Position numbers and translations under genes: made by a program. 64,000 nt of DNA from a virus. Below are positions 28,186 through 38,103 of this stretch, piece after piece (position 1 is the first letter of the stretch; each line of letters opens with the position of its first letter). Below the pieces are notes generated by a model that worked only from the letters and a program-made list of their open reading frames with translations, was not told the origin of the DNA and searched no databases. The stretch lies in IMG/VR virus record IMGVR_UViG_3300032246_001270. One strand, written 5' to 3'.

Positions 28186-29781
28186 CTATAACCATTGAGA
28201 TAAATCTTCAAATCCATCACCAACTCTCATTTTCCAAGGATTATCATCCATTGAATTATTACCTCCATAAATTCCCTGATTTGCATTTGATGATATACCA
28301 CTAACAGCTTGCTTTGTTAAATCAATACCCTGCTGTCTTAAACGAAGTGCAGTATCTCTAACCCATAATCCAATTGAAAATGCCATTACCAAGTCATCAT
28401 TATAACCTTTCATAGCTTCAGCTCTACCATTCATATAAATAAATGTAAATAGCTCATCTATTAAACGTGATGACCTAACTATAATTCCTTTTTCTCTAAA
28501 GTAATCAGTTAATTTAGATATAATTAAAGGTCTAGTTTTAGAAGTAGTTGAGAAACCAGCTACTAATCCCTTTTCTTCTGCTCTATATCTATTTGTCATT
28601 TGATGCTCAATATCAATATATTTTAAATCCTTACTCATATAAAATAAGTTTTTATATCCTCTATCAATTACTTGCTGAATTGTAGCCCAACCAATGTTTG
28701 CGTTCTCTATGACAAGTAAAGCATCATTATATTCAGTTGAAAGTGATACTAAGAAGTTTCCAAAATCTTTTGTATCTACTTTACCTTTATATTCTGCTAC
28801 TTGAACCGAATTAACTATATCAATTACATGACATGTGGAATAATCGGCTCCATCACCTCTAGCCACATCGGCTACTACCATATAAGATTTTGAATAATCA
28901 GGATATTCCCATTTCCAAAGATTTCCATCAAATCCACCTTTTTCAATTGGGTCTTGTATATAGGTTTCTTTATAGAACATTAGGGTTTCGGGTTCAATTA
29001 CTGTTTCACCAGAAGATACAAAGTCACAATCACACTCCTGTGCTGCTTTCTTAGGTCCTAATAATTTCTCTTGTTCATCTCTCCATTTTTGGTCTCTTTC
29101 AGGGTGTACAGTCCAATGTAATCTGATTGTATTGAATGGATTTCTACTTTCTTCTGCTCCTAACCAAGTTTGATGAAACCAATTACCAACACCATTAGGA
29201 GTAGAAAGGGCAATACAACTACCACCCGTTGAAAGGGTAGACTGAGCTGATACCCAAATCTCATCAATATCATCAATAAAAGCAGCCTCATCAAATATTA
29301 GAAGTGATAAGGCTTCCGAACGTCCTGCATCAGGAGAACTAGCAATAGCCTTAATTTGAGAACCATTTTGTAAACGAAGGGAAAGCTTGTTATCTTCCAT
29401 TGAACCTCCCTTAAGCCATGTTGGAAGCAAATCATGCATTACTCTAACTTTTGTTACTAAGTTCTTTGCAACCTCTTGCTTTGTTGCAATTACTAACACA
29501 TTAAAATCAGAATTAAATATCATTTTCCAAAGTGAGAATCCAGCACAAAGTGTTGAAATGCCAGTTTGACGTGATTTTAAAACTACATTAAATCTATTAT
29601 CTTTAAATTGTGTTAAGGTCTTTTCTTGAAATGGAAATAGTTGAAAAGGTATCTTACCTCTAACAGGGTGTTGAATCATACAATATTTCTTCATAAAATG
29701 TATCGGGTCTACCGCACATTTTTTGTATTCTTCTGCAATTATTTCTTTTAAAGATTTTTTTTGTATTATACCTGTACTCAT
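28186..29781 (-). CDS. terL: Terminase large subunit, T4 gp17-like
   Basis: LFPFQ, KSRQTGIST (Walker A), LIFDEAAF (Walker B), STPNG, DVARG.G.DYS and NDDLVMA nuclease motifs. Confidence 0.95.
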   Translation of the reverse strand: MSTGIIQKKSLKEIIAEEYKKCAVDPIHFMKKYCMIQHPVRGKIPFQLFPFQEKTLTQFKDNRFNVVLKSRQTGISTLCAGFSLWKMIFNSDFNVLVIATKQEVAKNLVTKVRVMHDLLPTWLKGGSMEDNKLSLRLQNGSQIKAIASSPDAGRSEALSLLIFDEAAFIDDIDEIWVSAQSTLSTGGSCIALSTPNGVGNWFHQTWLGAEESRNPFNTIRLHWTVHPERDQKWRDEQEKLLGPKKAAQECDCDFVSSGETVIEPETLMFYKETYIQDPIEKGGFDGNLWKWEYPDYSKSYMVVADVARGDGADYSTCHVIDIVNSVQVAEYKGKVDTKDFGNFLVSLSTEYNDALLVIENANIGWATIQQVIDRGYKNLFYMSKDLKYIDIEHQMTNRYRAEEKGLVAGFSTTSKTRPLIISKLTDYFREKGIIVRSSRLIDELFTFIYMNGRAEAMKGYNDDLVMAFSIGLWVRDTALRLRQQGIDLTKQAVSGISSNANQGIYGGNNSMDDNPWKMRVGDGFEDLSQWL

Positions 29782-29782
29782 A

Positions 29783-30466
29783 TTACCCTTTAAGTTCTCT
29801 TACTAAATCGTAATTTTTATATTTTAATTTTTCGTAAGCTTCATCTCTTAATTTTGTAACTTCTTCAATTTCTTTTTCAAAATTAATAATATTAGACATT
29901 ATTTCTGCTTTTAATTCATTAACATCTCTTTCCATAGCCCACTTTTCAATCTTACCATCTTCACCTACAACTTCATAATCTTGTCTAGCATCATTATATG
30001 CTTGTTGAAATTGAGCTATTACATCTTTACCATGTGCAATCATATTAGAACATATTTTATAATCTTCATAGGCTTCCCATAAACCATCTTGTCTAATTTC
30101 AAATTCTTTTTTAGTAAGGCAATGTAAACAATATCCAGTTTTAGATATTACTTTTTTATCAATTCTATTAATTTTAATTGTTTGACAATTTTCAGATTTA
30201 CAAGTATTTAACTTATCTAAATAAGCCCTAACATCAGCCATTGTATCTGTTAATTCAGATGTTTGTATTTTTCCGGCTTCCATCTGCTCCCAATGTTTTC
30301 CATTAGAATCTATCCATTTTTCCCCAACGCTTCTTTTTATTATTTTTTTGTCAATACCAGAGAATGAAATTTGAGTTTCTTTTTGATATTCACCACCAGT
30401 TAAAACCATATCTACCAACTTTCTACGAGTTGGGTGCATAAACTTTTTATTGAATTCCTTTGCCAT
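29783..30466 (-). CDS. Hypothetical protein with a putative Zn-binding motif, coupled to terL
   Basis: CKSENC...GYCLHC and a coiled-coil C-terminus; 1 bp from the terL start. Confidence 0.6.
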   Translation of the reverse strand: MAKEFNKKFMHPTRRKLVDMVLTGGEYQKETQISFSGIDKKIIKRSVGEKWIDSNGKHWEQMEAGKIQTSELTDTMADVRAYLDKLNTCKSENCQTIKINRIDKKVISKTGYCLHCLTKKEFEIRQDGLWEAYEDYKICSNMIAHGKDVIAQFQQAYNDARQDYEVVGEDGKIEKWAMERDVNELKAEIMSNIINFEKEIEEVTKLRDEAYEKLKYKNYDLVRELKG

Positions 30467-30517
30467 ATTATATACGATATATTTGTATATATAAGTATAT
30501 CAAAATAAAGAAAACGA

Positions 30518-33500
30518 TTATTTATCGAAGAAAATTCCTAAAATTTGATTTAGGGGTGCGAATGCACCTGTTAATTTGTAAGTATTACCACTATATACAA
30601 ATACAATACCCTCATTTGGTACAATTTTATCAAACCCACCCAAAGCTTTAAGCCTCTCTAACTCTAATTTTAATTTTGCAATCTTCTTAGGGTCACCACT
30701 TGCTTTTACCTGTGATATTGTTGATTCCAAACGAGCTACCATTTGTTTTCTAGCAGAAGATGGATTTGCTGTAAGTACTGATTCGGTAAATGCTAATACA
30801 TCTGCACCAACTCCTAAAAATATCTCCTCAAATTTCATAAGATTATCTTTAGATATTTTTTGTTGGTCTTTTTTATCAGTTTGCTCAGCCCATCCTCTTA
30901 TTTTATCATCTTGTATTTCTGCTATACGGAAACTCTTGTCACCAAAAGCCCATCTTTTAATTAATCCTATTTTTTGTTGTGCATCTAATTTCTTTGCACC
31001 TTTATTTACAAAATTAGACCACCATGCTTGGTGATAATCAGCCACACCATCACTATCAGAAAGATTAAATTCTTTTTGAAGTTTATTAATCATTGAAATA
31101 TACTTTCCTTGCTTTTTAGAAAGGTCTTCTGATTTAGGAAGTGATTGCATTGGAGGTCCCTGAATTGTGTATTGGGATTGAACATGCTGATTTACTTGCT
31201 TAATCATTCCTGCTAATATTTTAGCTGCTTGTTGATTTTCTCCAACAATTGTACCATCAGTATCATATTCAAATGTACCATGAAATACCAATAGTGGTTG
31301 ATTATATGGAATTACATTTACCGATGTCGGATATATTACTTCTAAATTCATAAAGCAAGAACCATCTTTGAATATCTTTTTTCTTTGTTCTTCACTTAAT
31401 GCCGCAATAGCTGCTGAAAGGTCTTTCATTGCGTAGTTGTATGCATCTGTAAGTCCACCTCTACCAGCAAACTTATCCGCCACCTGTCCTATTGTCATAG
31501 CACCCTCACCTTTATTCTTTAAATGTGATTTGTTACGAGCTGCAACTAATCTACCATTTACCCAACTAACTGCTAATGCTTGACCATCAGTCTTCTCTCT
31601 TGCTAATTCTAAATCACCATTTAATGCTCTTACTACAATTTGTTTTAAATCACCAAAAGTAAGATTCATTTCAATATCAAATGGATGATTCATATGTCCA
31701 TACGCTCCACCTTCGTTAATATTTTCTTTTTGTAATTTTTGAATTTCTTTATTTAATTTATCAATTTCTGCTCTAACTTTCATTTGTGCCGGTGATTGTG
31801 GCATCATTTTTAAAGCTTTAATGAATAAAACCATTCTTTGCTTTTCCAAATCTTTTAAAGAACTTTCATTAACTGGATTTCTTAATTTTACACTTTTAGC
31901 AATATGTCTTTCCTCATCTTTAATAGTATCACCATCTATATCAATAGTTGGGTCCATATTAATTCTTTCATCTTTGCCAGGTTGATTATCATATTGATTA
32001 GGATATGCATCAGTTGTACCAGCCGTACTCTTACCATCGCCCTTTATAAAATCAGATGGTAATTTATATCCGTATTTTAACGTACGATTATATTTGTGTA
32101 CACTATCATCATGATTATCTATTGGAAGTTTTGATTGATTTTTTAATCTTTTTAATTCATGCTCTGATGGTATTTTATGATAAGTTCCCCATCCAGGTAA
32201 ATCTTTTGTATAATATCCTGCTATATCATAGTCCTCCCATCCTTTATTCCAAGCATATCCAGTTGTTGAATTACCATCATTACCCATATCATTACCACTA
32301 TATTCTAATAAACTTTCGTTTTTAATTTTTGATAACTTTTCGTAGTAATGTAAATCTTCCCATAAATGGTCCATAGCTATTTCAGCTGCAATACTAACAT
32401 CCGTTGTGTGTTCCATTTCAACTTTAATACCAGCCACCAATCTAGGTTTAATATATTCTTTTGCAAATTGTTTTGGGTCATAATATTCTTTAACATCCCA
32501 CTTCTTAGCTAAATCAATTAAAGTTTTACCTTTTGCTAACCCACCAGGTATTCTATCTTTCTGTACTGCTATCTCATCAACTTGCTCATATCCACTCATT
32601 CCTTTGTTGTTAAGTTTTTTACTATTTTTTTTAACATCTTTAGAATCAGGTGCTCCATTAATATATCCACCCGGTAAACTTAAACCTATACCAGCTCCTC
32701 CGGGAAATCCCATTTCATCTAATAGTTCATCAAAATCAGAAACTATTTCTTTAATATCTTCTTTTGAAATTATTGTATCGTTTTCTTTATCAGATAATTC
32801 CCAAAATCTTTTAGCTTTTTTAATTGGTTTTTTTTCTTTAATCTCTTGCCAATCTTCCGTAGTATGTGGGTCTTTAGCAGGGTCTAAATTTGTATTAGCT
32901 ACATTAGATACATTATATGTAGCTTGACGTAGCATCATTCCCTTTTCGTTATCTTTTTTATTTTTACCTTGAACCCAATCTGCTTTTGGAATATGTAATT
33001 GTGTATATCCACCATTTTTAAACCAAAATTCAGGTTTATGTTTATTTAATATTCTTTTATCACCTGCATTTAAATGTGAAGTTGATGGTTCTCCAGCTTC
33101 TCCATCAAACCCACCCAAAGCAGTTTCCTTTAAATTTTCTTTTTTAGGTATTCTAAATGTTACAGCTTTTTTACCATTAATTGTTGGCATTCCCCATTCA
33201 TCCTCACCAATTGATTTAACAACTACTTTTTTGTTTTTAAATTTTCCCATCAACAAAGTATCACCAACTTTTACGTTTAATTTAATTTCTTCGTTAATAC
33301 ATTCTTTTAATCCCTTTAATTTAAGAGTAATTAATTTGAATATTTGAGAGTCAAACTTTGGATATGCTTTTGTAAAATTTTTCTTTCTATCAGCTTCACT
33401 ACCAGCACTTAACCAATAACGAACATCAGTACCACTAATAGGATTTGATTGTGCCGGCGAAGCGTAAACATACCCTTTATCTAAATACCCCTGCTCTACT

Positions 33501-33904
33501 TTACCTTTATATGGTGTAAAGTACTTACCACTTAATCTATTTTGGTCCTTCTCACCAACCACAACTATTAAACCAGTTGTGTTGGAATCATATTTTTTAA
33601 GTATTTCCTCAGGAGCATATGGATTTTTGATATTAACAATTTTAGATGATGGTATTCCAAACATCTGCATCATTATTGCTTTTTTTTCCTTAAAATTAAA
33701 TGGAGATTTTTTTGAATCGGTAACATTAGAAGTTCCGATATAAACACTATCCTTACCGAATTTGCGTACTAAATTATCATAAGTTGCAAAGTGGCCCTTA
33801 TGAAAAGGTTGAAAGCGGCCTGAATAAACAACTATCACATTGTCTATCGAAGCCGCTTTCTCCAATAATATTGATTCCACTAAAAATTTTGTCAATCCTT
33901 TCAT
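30518..33904 (-). CDS. Multidomain protein: NMNAT-like HIGH nucleotidyltransferase, small modules, and a C-terminal ligase-like nucleotidyltransferase
   Basis: GRFQPFHKGH...ISGTDVR; GIKVEMEHT...IAMDHL.ED..YY; EKTDG...EGIVF...YKLTG. Confidence 0.7.
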   Translation of the reverse strand: MKGLTKFLVESILLEKAASIDNVIVVYSGRFQPFHKGHFATYDNLVRKFGKDSVYIGTSNVTDSKKSPFNFKEKKAIMMQMFGIPSSKIVNIKNPYAPEEILKKYDSNTTGLIVVVGEKDQNRLSGKYFTPYKGKVEQGYLDKGYVYASPAQSNPISGTDVRYWLSAGSEADRKKNFTKAYPKFDSQIFKLITLKLKGLKECINEEIKLNVKVGDTLLMGKFKNKKVVVKSIGEDEWGMPTINGKKAVTFRIPKKENLKETALGGFDGEAGEPSTSHLNAGDKRILNKHKPEFWFKNGGYTQLHIPKADWVQGKNKKDNEKGMMLRQATYNVSNVANTNLDPAKDPHTTEDWQEIKEKKPIKKAKRFWELSDKENDTIISKEDIKEIVSDFDELLDEMGFPGGAGIGLSLPGGYINGAPDSKDVKKNSKKLNNKGMSGYEQVDEIAVQKDRIPGGLAKGKTLIDLAKKWDVKEYYDPKQFAKEYIKPRLVAGIKVEMEHTTDVSIAAEIAMDHLWEDLHYYEKLSKIKNESLLEYSGNDMGNDGNSTTGYAWNKGWEDYDIAGYYTKDLPGWGTYHKIPSEHELKRLKNQSKLPIDNHDDSVHKYNRTLKYGYKLPSDFIKGDGKSTAGTTDAYPNQYDNQPGKDERINMDPTIDIDGDTIKDEERHIAKSVKLRNPVNESSLKDLEKQRMVLFIKALKMMPQSPAQMKVRAEIDKLNKEIQKLQKENINEGGAYGHMNHPFDIEMNLTFGDLKQIVVRALNGDLELAREKTDGQALAVSWVNGRLVAARNKSHLKNKGEGAMTIGQVADKFAGRGGLTDAYNYAMKDLSAAIAALSEEQRKKIFKDGSCFMNLEVIYPTSVNVIPYNQPLLVFHGTFEYDTDGTIVGENQQAAKILAGMIKQVNQHVQSQYTIQGPPMQSLPKSEDLSKKQGKYISMINKLQKEFNLSDSDGVADYHQAWWSNFVNKGAKKLDAQQKIGLIKRWAFGDKSFRIAEIQDDKIRGWAEQTDKKDQQKISKDNLMKFEEIFLGVGADVLAFTESVLTANPSSARKQMVARLESTISQVKASGDPKKIAKLKLELERLKALGGFDKIVPNEGIVFVYSGNTYKLTGAFAPLNQILGIFFDK

Positions 33905-33935
33905 TATATAGTTCTTACTATATAAATATTCGATA

Positions 33936-34364
33936 TTATTCTTTTACAACTTTCATTCCAGAACCCATTTGATTTGAGTTACCTGTTTTTGAAGCCGCTT
34001 GCATTGTTTGTTGTTGTTGTTGCTCCTGCATTTGTCTTCTAGTAGGTGCACCTGGTTGATATTGAATAGTACCATCTTGAATGTTGATTCTACCTTGAGG
34101 ATATTTTTCATCCAATCCTTCAACTACTTCTTTTAATTGAAATTGAATAGATTTAAAATCATCTTCAGCTTTTTCTAAAATTTCATCCAAACGCATTAAC
34201 TCATCTTGAATTTCTCTTTTTCTGATGTAAATACTACCAAAATCATTAACTAATAAATTAGATTTTGATTGATAATCATTAATTGTTTCAATGATATCAT
34301 CATCTATTTTTACTGTTACAACTTCAATTTGTTGTTTTTGCGGAACTTTGTCTAACTCTGCCAT
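33936..34364 (-). CDS. Hypothetical coiled-coil protein (paralogue of 37779..38066)
   Basis: QSKSN...FGSI...EKYPQGRINIQDGTI. Confidence 0.65.
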   Translation of the reverse strand: MAELDKVPQKQQIEVVTVKIDDDIIETINDYQSKSNLLVNDFGSIYIRKREIQDELMRLDEILEKAEDDFKSIQFQLKEVVEGLDEKYPQGRINIQDGTIQYQPGAPTRRQMQEQQQQQTMQAASKTGNSNQMGSGMKVVKE

Positions 34365-34418
34365 AAATTATTATTTTAATTGTTTGTTTATATATATAAG
34401 TATATTGTTTTTTTATTT

Positions 34419-35576
34419 TTATAAGAATTTTTCTAACTCTTTTATAACCTCTTTGGATGATATTGATTTTGTACATTCAAATTGTCTATCAGTTCCTTTA
34501 TGGTCCGGACACCAATTCCAATCACCAGCATCCAATTTTAATCTATTAAAACAACCTTCACATTTTCCTTTTGGTGCTGTAATTCTTATACAATCTTTCA
34601 TTTCTGCCCAATCGTATGAGAATCCACTAATTAAAACAGTTGGAACTTTTAAAGACCAACTTAACCAACTTAATCCACTACCAATACCAATGAATGCTTT
34701 TGATTTTAACATTTCATCCATAACTCCTTCAATAGTTCCGTTTGGATGCTTTATAATACCTTTTGGTAATTTATTACCCATATAATCATCACCTTCTTTT
34801 GATAATAATTTAACTGTATATCCTTTATTATTTAACCAATCAACTACATCCTGCCATCCAGTTGGATTATTCCAAAATTTAGATTGTGCAGTTCCAAATA
34901 CAGCTATACAAACTTGTTTATTTTTTAAATCTATTTTTGGATTTCTTTTTTTAATTAAAGGTCTAATTTCTTCATAATTCAATCCTAAAATATCAGAACA
35001 CATTTTTTGAAGTGTAACTGTTTTTGGGTCTATTGGATTTTTAAATAAATTAACAGTACTATCATCATTATAAAATAAACCAATTGAATACATAGAGTAT
35101 ATATTATCTACACTTATACCAGGTGTAACAAATTCTATGTTTGGATACTGATTTTTAAACATATCATTCATAAATGTAGATACTATCAATTTACAATTAT
35201 GCTTTTTTCTAAATTCTTCAAAGTAAGGAAACCAAGCTAAAGAATCACCTAAAGCTCTTGAATCCATTGCTATATAAACTCTTTTGTTATTTGCATCATA
35301 TAAATGTTGGCTCCATAATTTACCATCTTCATATATATTAATTTTCCACTCAACAAAATATTCTATACTACATTTACACCAACAATTATTTCCTATATTG
35401 CTTGAATAAATAATTTTTTCAGTTTTATTATCAATAAAATCAACTTTATAATTTCCTTGTTTACTTCCTTTTATTTCAACAAAAGGTCCTCTAACAAAAT
35501 GAATTATTGCTTTATTAGTAACCTCAACTATATTATTTTCATTCTTTTTTAAATTATCGTAAATCATTAACTCCAA
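34419..35576 (-). CDS. Aah/TibC-type (BAHT, GT9-like) protein O-heptosyltransferase homologue
   Basis: ALGDSLAWFPY.EEF..KH.C, QSKFWNNPTGW, FIGIGSGLSWLSW...VLISGFS and the metal-binding CxxC...WCP.H......ECT. Confidence 0.85.
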   Translation of the reverse strand: MELMIYDNLKKNENNIVEVTNKAIIHFVRGPFVEIKGSKQGNYKVDFIDNKTEKIIYSSNIGNNCWCKCSIEYFVEWKINIYEDGKLWSQHLYDANNKRVYIAMDSRALGDSLAWFPYFEEFRKKHNCKLIVSTFMNDMFKNQYPNIEFVTPGISVDNIYSMYSIGLFYNDDSTVNLFKNPIDPKTVTLQKMCSDILGLNYEEIRPLIKKRNPKIDLKNKQVCIAVFGTAQSKFWNNPTGWQDVVDWLNNKGYTVKLLSKEGDDYMGNKLPKGIIKHPNGTIEGVMDEMLKSKAFIGIGSGLSWLSWSLKVPTVLISGFSYDWAEMKDCIRITAPKGKCEGCFNRLKLDAGDWNWCPDHKGTDRQFECTKSISSKEVIKELEKFL

Positions 35577-37741
35577 GTTTTAACTGTTAAATCCAATAAT
35601 GAATATCCTTCCGCTTGCTTACTATACATTTTATTTGTGGTATATCTTAGTCTTGGATAATTTGCAAATACATGATTATACCAAAGGTCACCAACATCCC
35701 ATCCACAATCTTTTAATCTATCCATCCACCATTGTTTTTCTCTATTTGGAATTAAATAACAATGTGCTAAATCTTGATTAGCTGCTGTTTTACTAAATAA
35801 CTCATCTATTTTTTCTTTTTCTCTTGATGGGTTATTTGCAAATGAAATAAATGGAACTCCATCTCTTTCTGATATAAAACATGCTTTATGAACTATTTCA
35901 ACAAATTCTTCTAAGCCGGTGTATATAAATGCATCTGCTTCAAATACCAAAGTGTAATCATAATTTTCAGTATCCATTGTTTCCAATGCCATTCTATGTG
36001 CTAAATAACATCCATAATGTCTACCGGTCATCCAACCCAAACCAGCACCAGGGTATAATTCTCCCGGCTTATTATCTTTACTTATATGCTCAGGCCTTCT
36101 ACAATTTTCAGCAGGTGCAAATCCCTCATATGGTGCATTTACAATCGGCTCATAATACATACCATATTTTTCTAATTGCTTAAGAGATTGAATAGATACT
36201 CTTTCTCTCATATCATCAGGTCTAGTCAACATATGCTTTATTTGGATACGTGGTTTAGTACGATACCAATTTCTAAATCCTCTATGAAATTGTTTATAAA
36301 AAAATTCATCAGCTGCCCGAGTAACACCGGGAAAGAAGCTTCCACCATAATCATCACCACTAATCCAACCACCGGGTTTAATTTTATTATACCAATAGTT
36401 TATATCATCTCTAACATCTTCATATGAATGTCCAGCATCTAACATTATATAATCAATACTACCATTTGTAAATTGATTAGATGCATTATGTGATGTATCT
36501 TTTATAATATCAATATTTCCGTAATTTCCAGAAAGTACTGTATTATCTATAAATTCATAGAATATATCCCCATTAAAACTACCTACTATGTTTTGATGCA
36601 ATTCTTCATCATCAGTTCCTTTAAATGTATCTATGGTAGTTAGTTTAATACTTTTTCCTGATTTTTTTATTTTAGTTGCTAAATAATTTGTAGACTTACC
36701 AAACCATGTACCTACTTCAACAAAGGTATCACCATCATTCGCTTTATCAACCATTTCATTATATAAATCTATATAAGAAAACCAACCTGGTATTTCATTA
36801 AATTCAGGTTGTAATTTTTCTAATATAATTCTTTTAGTTAATTTTAAATCATCATTAATATAAGTTACCAAAGAGTTATTATCATATGTATCTAAATATG
36901 TATGTAATTTTCTAAATATAGAAGGCATCTTATATGAAAGAGCTTCTTTAACTGATAATGGATTTAATTCTAACGTAGATGAAAAATAGAACATATCACA
37001 AGCTGCATAAAATGTATCTACATCATTTCGTTCACCCCATATCATACAATTTTCAGGTTTGTGTTTCATTAAAGGTCCCCAATAATGTTCAAAATTTCCG
37101 GCTTGATTTCCTACAAAATGAAATTTAATTTTATACTTTTCTAATTGAGTTGCTATTGAAAATATTTCGGCTTGATTTTTACCTGGTGCAAATAATCCAA
37201 CATTTAGTACATGCTTCCATGTTGGGTCTAATTCCAATTCTTTTTGAGCAGATTCTTTATCAAATGTATATTCTTCAATTGGATATTCCCATACATCTAA
37301 AGGAACTCCAGTATCTTCAAATCTTTGTTTACTCCATTCGGATACTAAAACATATTTGTCAGGATGATAAACTATTTCGGATGGATTGGTAAATGAACCA
37401 TGCGTAGTTACTACTATAAAATAATTTCTTTGTTTTACAAAAATTTTATCTAATATATAAGTAGGTAAATCAAATTGTGGTATTTCGTGAAAATGAATTA
37501 TATCAGGTTTAAAATTTTCTATAATAGAAATTATTTCCGATTTATCATTTCCCAAAGTATGTACAGGTACTAATGATTTAATTCTATTCTTTTGTACTAC
37601 AAAAGCATTACCACCACTGTTGTTTATTTCAACAACTTCAATTTCAAAATTTTTTATAAATTCTTTTACCTGCTTATATAGGTATTGTGGTTGCCCACCA
37701 GTAGACAAATGTGGTGCGACGTAAAGTAACTTTTTATTCAT
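35567..37741 (-). CDS. Tri-domain GT4-like glycosyltransferase / class I SAM methyltransferase / GT25-like glycosyltransferase
   Basis: HLSTGGQPQY...NVGLFAPGKNQ...ELNPLSVKEALSY; VEVGTWFGKS...LDAGHSYE...KPGGWISGDDY; YGCYLAH...LVFEADA. Confidence 0.8.
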   Translation of the reverse strand: MNKKLLYVAPHLSTGGQPQYLYKQVKEFIKNFEIEVVEINNSGGNAFVVQKNRIKSLVPVHTLGNDKSEIISIIENFKPDIIHFHEIPQFDLPTYILDKIFVKQRNYFIVVTTHGSFTNPSEIVYHPDKYVLVSEWSKQRFEDTGVPLDVWEYPIEEYTFDKESAQKELELDPTWKHVLNVGLFAPGKNQAEIFSIATQLEKYKIKFHFVGNQAGNFEHYWGPLMKHKPENCMIWGERNDVDTFYAACDMFYFSSTLELNPLSVKEALSYKMPSIFRKLHTYLDTYDNNSLVTYINDDLKLTKRIILEKLQPEFNEIPGWFSYIDLYNEMVDKANDGDTFVEVGTWFGKSTNYLATKIKKSGKSIKLTTIDTFKGTDDEELHQNIVGSFNGDIFYEFIDNTVLSGNYGNIDIIKDTSHNASNQFTNGSIDYIMLDAGHSYEDVRDDINYWYNKIKPGGWISGDDYGGSFFPGVTRAADEFFYKQFHRGFRNWYRTKPRIQIKHMLTRPDDMRERVSIQSLKQLEKYGMYYEPIVNAPYEGFAPAENCRRPEHISKDNKPGELYPGAGLGWMTGRHYGCYLAHRMALETMDTENYDYTLVFEADAFIYTGLEEFVEIVHKACFISERDGVPFISFANNPSREKEKIDELFSKTAANQDLAHCYLIPNREKQWWMDRLKDCGWDVGDLWYNHVFANYPRLRYTTNKMYSKQAEGYSLLDLTVKTWS

Positions 37742-37746
37742 TGTAA

Positions 37747-37778
37747 CAAATATACGAAATTATTTTGAAACTACCAAA
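37747..37778 (-). promoter_or_regulatory. Bacteroidota housekeeping-sigma promoter (-33 TTTG / -7 TAnnTTTG)
   Basis: Minus strand TTTG-N20-TATATTTG, 5 nt before the glycosyltransferase ATG. Confidence 0.75.
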
Positions 37779-38066
37779 TTATTTTTCTTCTACATCAAAA
37801 ATAACAGTACCCTCATTTAAATCAATTTCACCCTTTGGATATTTAATTTCTAATTCTTTTAAGAATGCATTTAATTCATCAGAATTTTTATCAAAATCCA
37901 ATTCTAATCCTTCTTTAACACCTTCCAATCTTTTAATTTCTAAATTTAAATCTCTAGTTCTTACACTAATTTGACCAAATGATATAATGATATCATTTGA
38001 TTTTGCTTGAAATGTTTTTAATTTTTCAAGTTGTTCAGGTTGTAATTTTTCAATTTGTGTTGCCAT
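37779..38066 (-). CDS. Hypothetical coiled-coil protein (paralogue of 33936..34364)
   Basis: QAKSN...FGQI...IKYPKGEIDLNEGTV. Confidence 0.65.
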   Translation of the reverse strand: MATQIEKLQPEQLEKLKTFQAKSNDIIISFGQISVRTRDLNLEIKRLEGVKEGLELDFDKNSDELNAFLKELEIKYPKGEIDLNEGTVIFDVEEK

Positions 38067-38103
38067 AATATATTATTGTTTATATATATAAATATATACT
38101 TTT

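Noticed and set aside
33300-33904. HIGH domain as an ADP-heptose synthase (HldE/RfaE) feeding the heptosyltransferase
   Set aside because: The motif is GRFQPFHKGH with ISGT, as in NadM-type enzymes, not the GCFDxLHxGH of RfaE. Proximity alone is insufficient.
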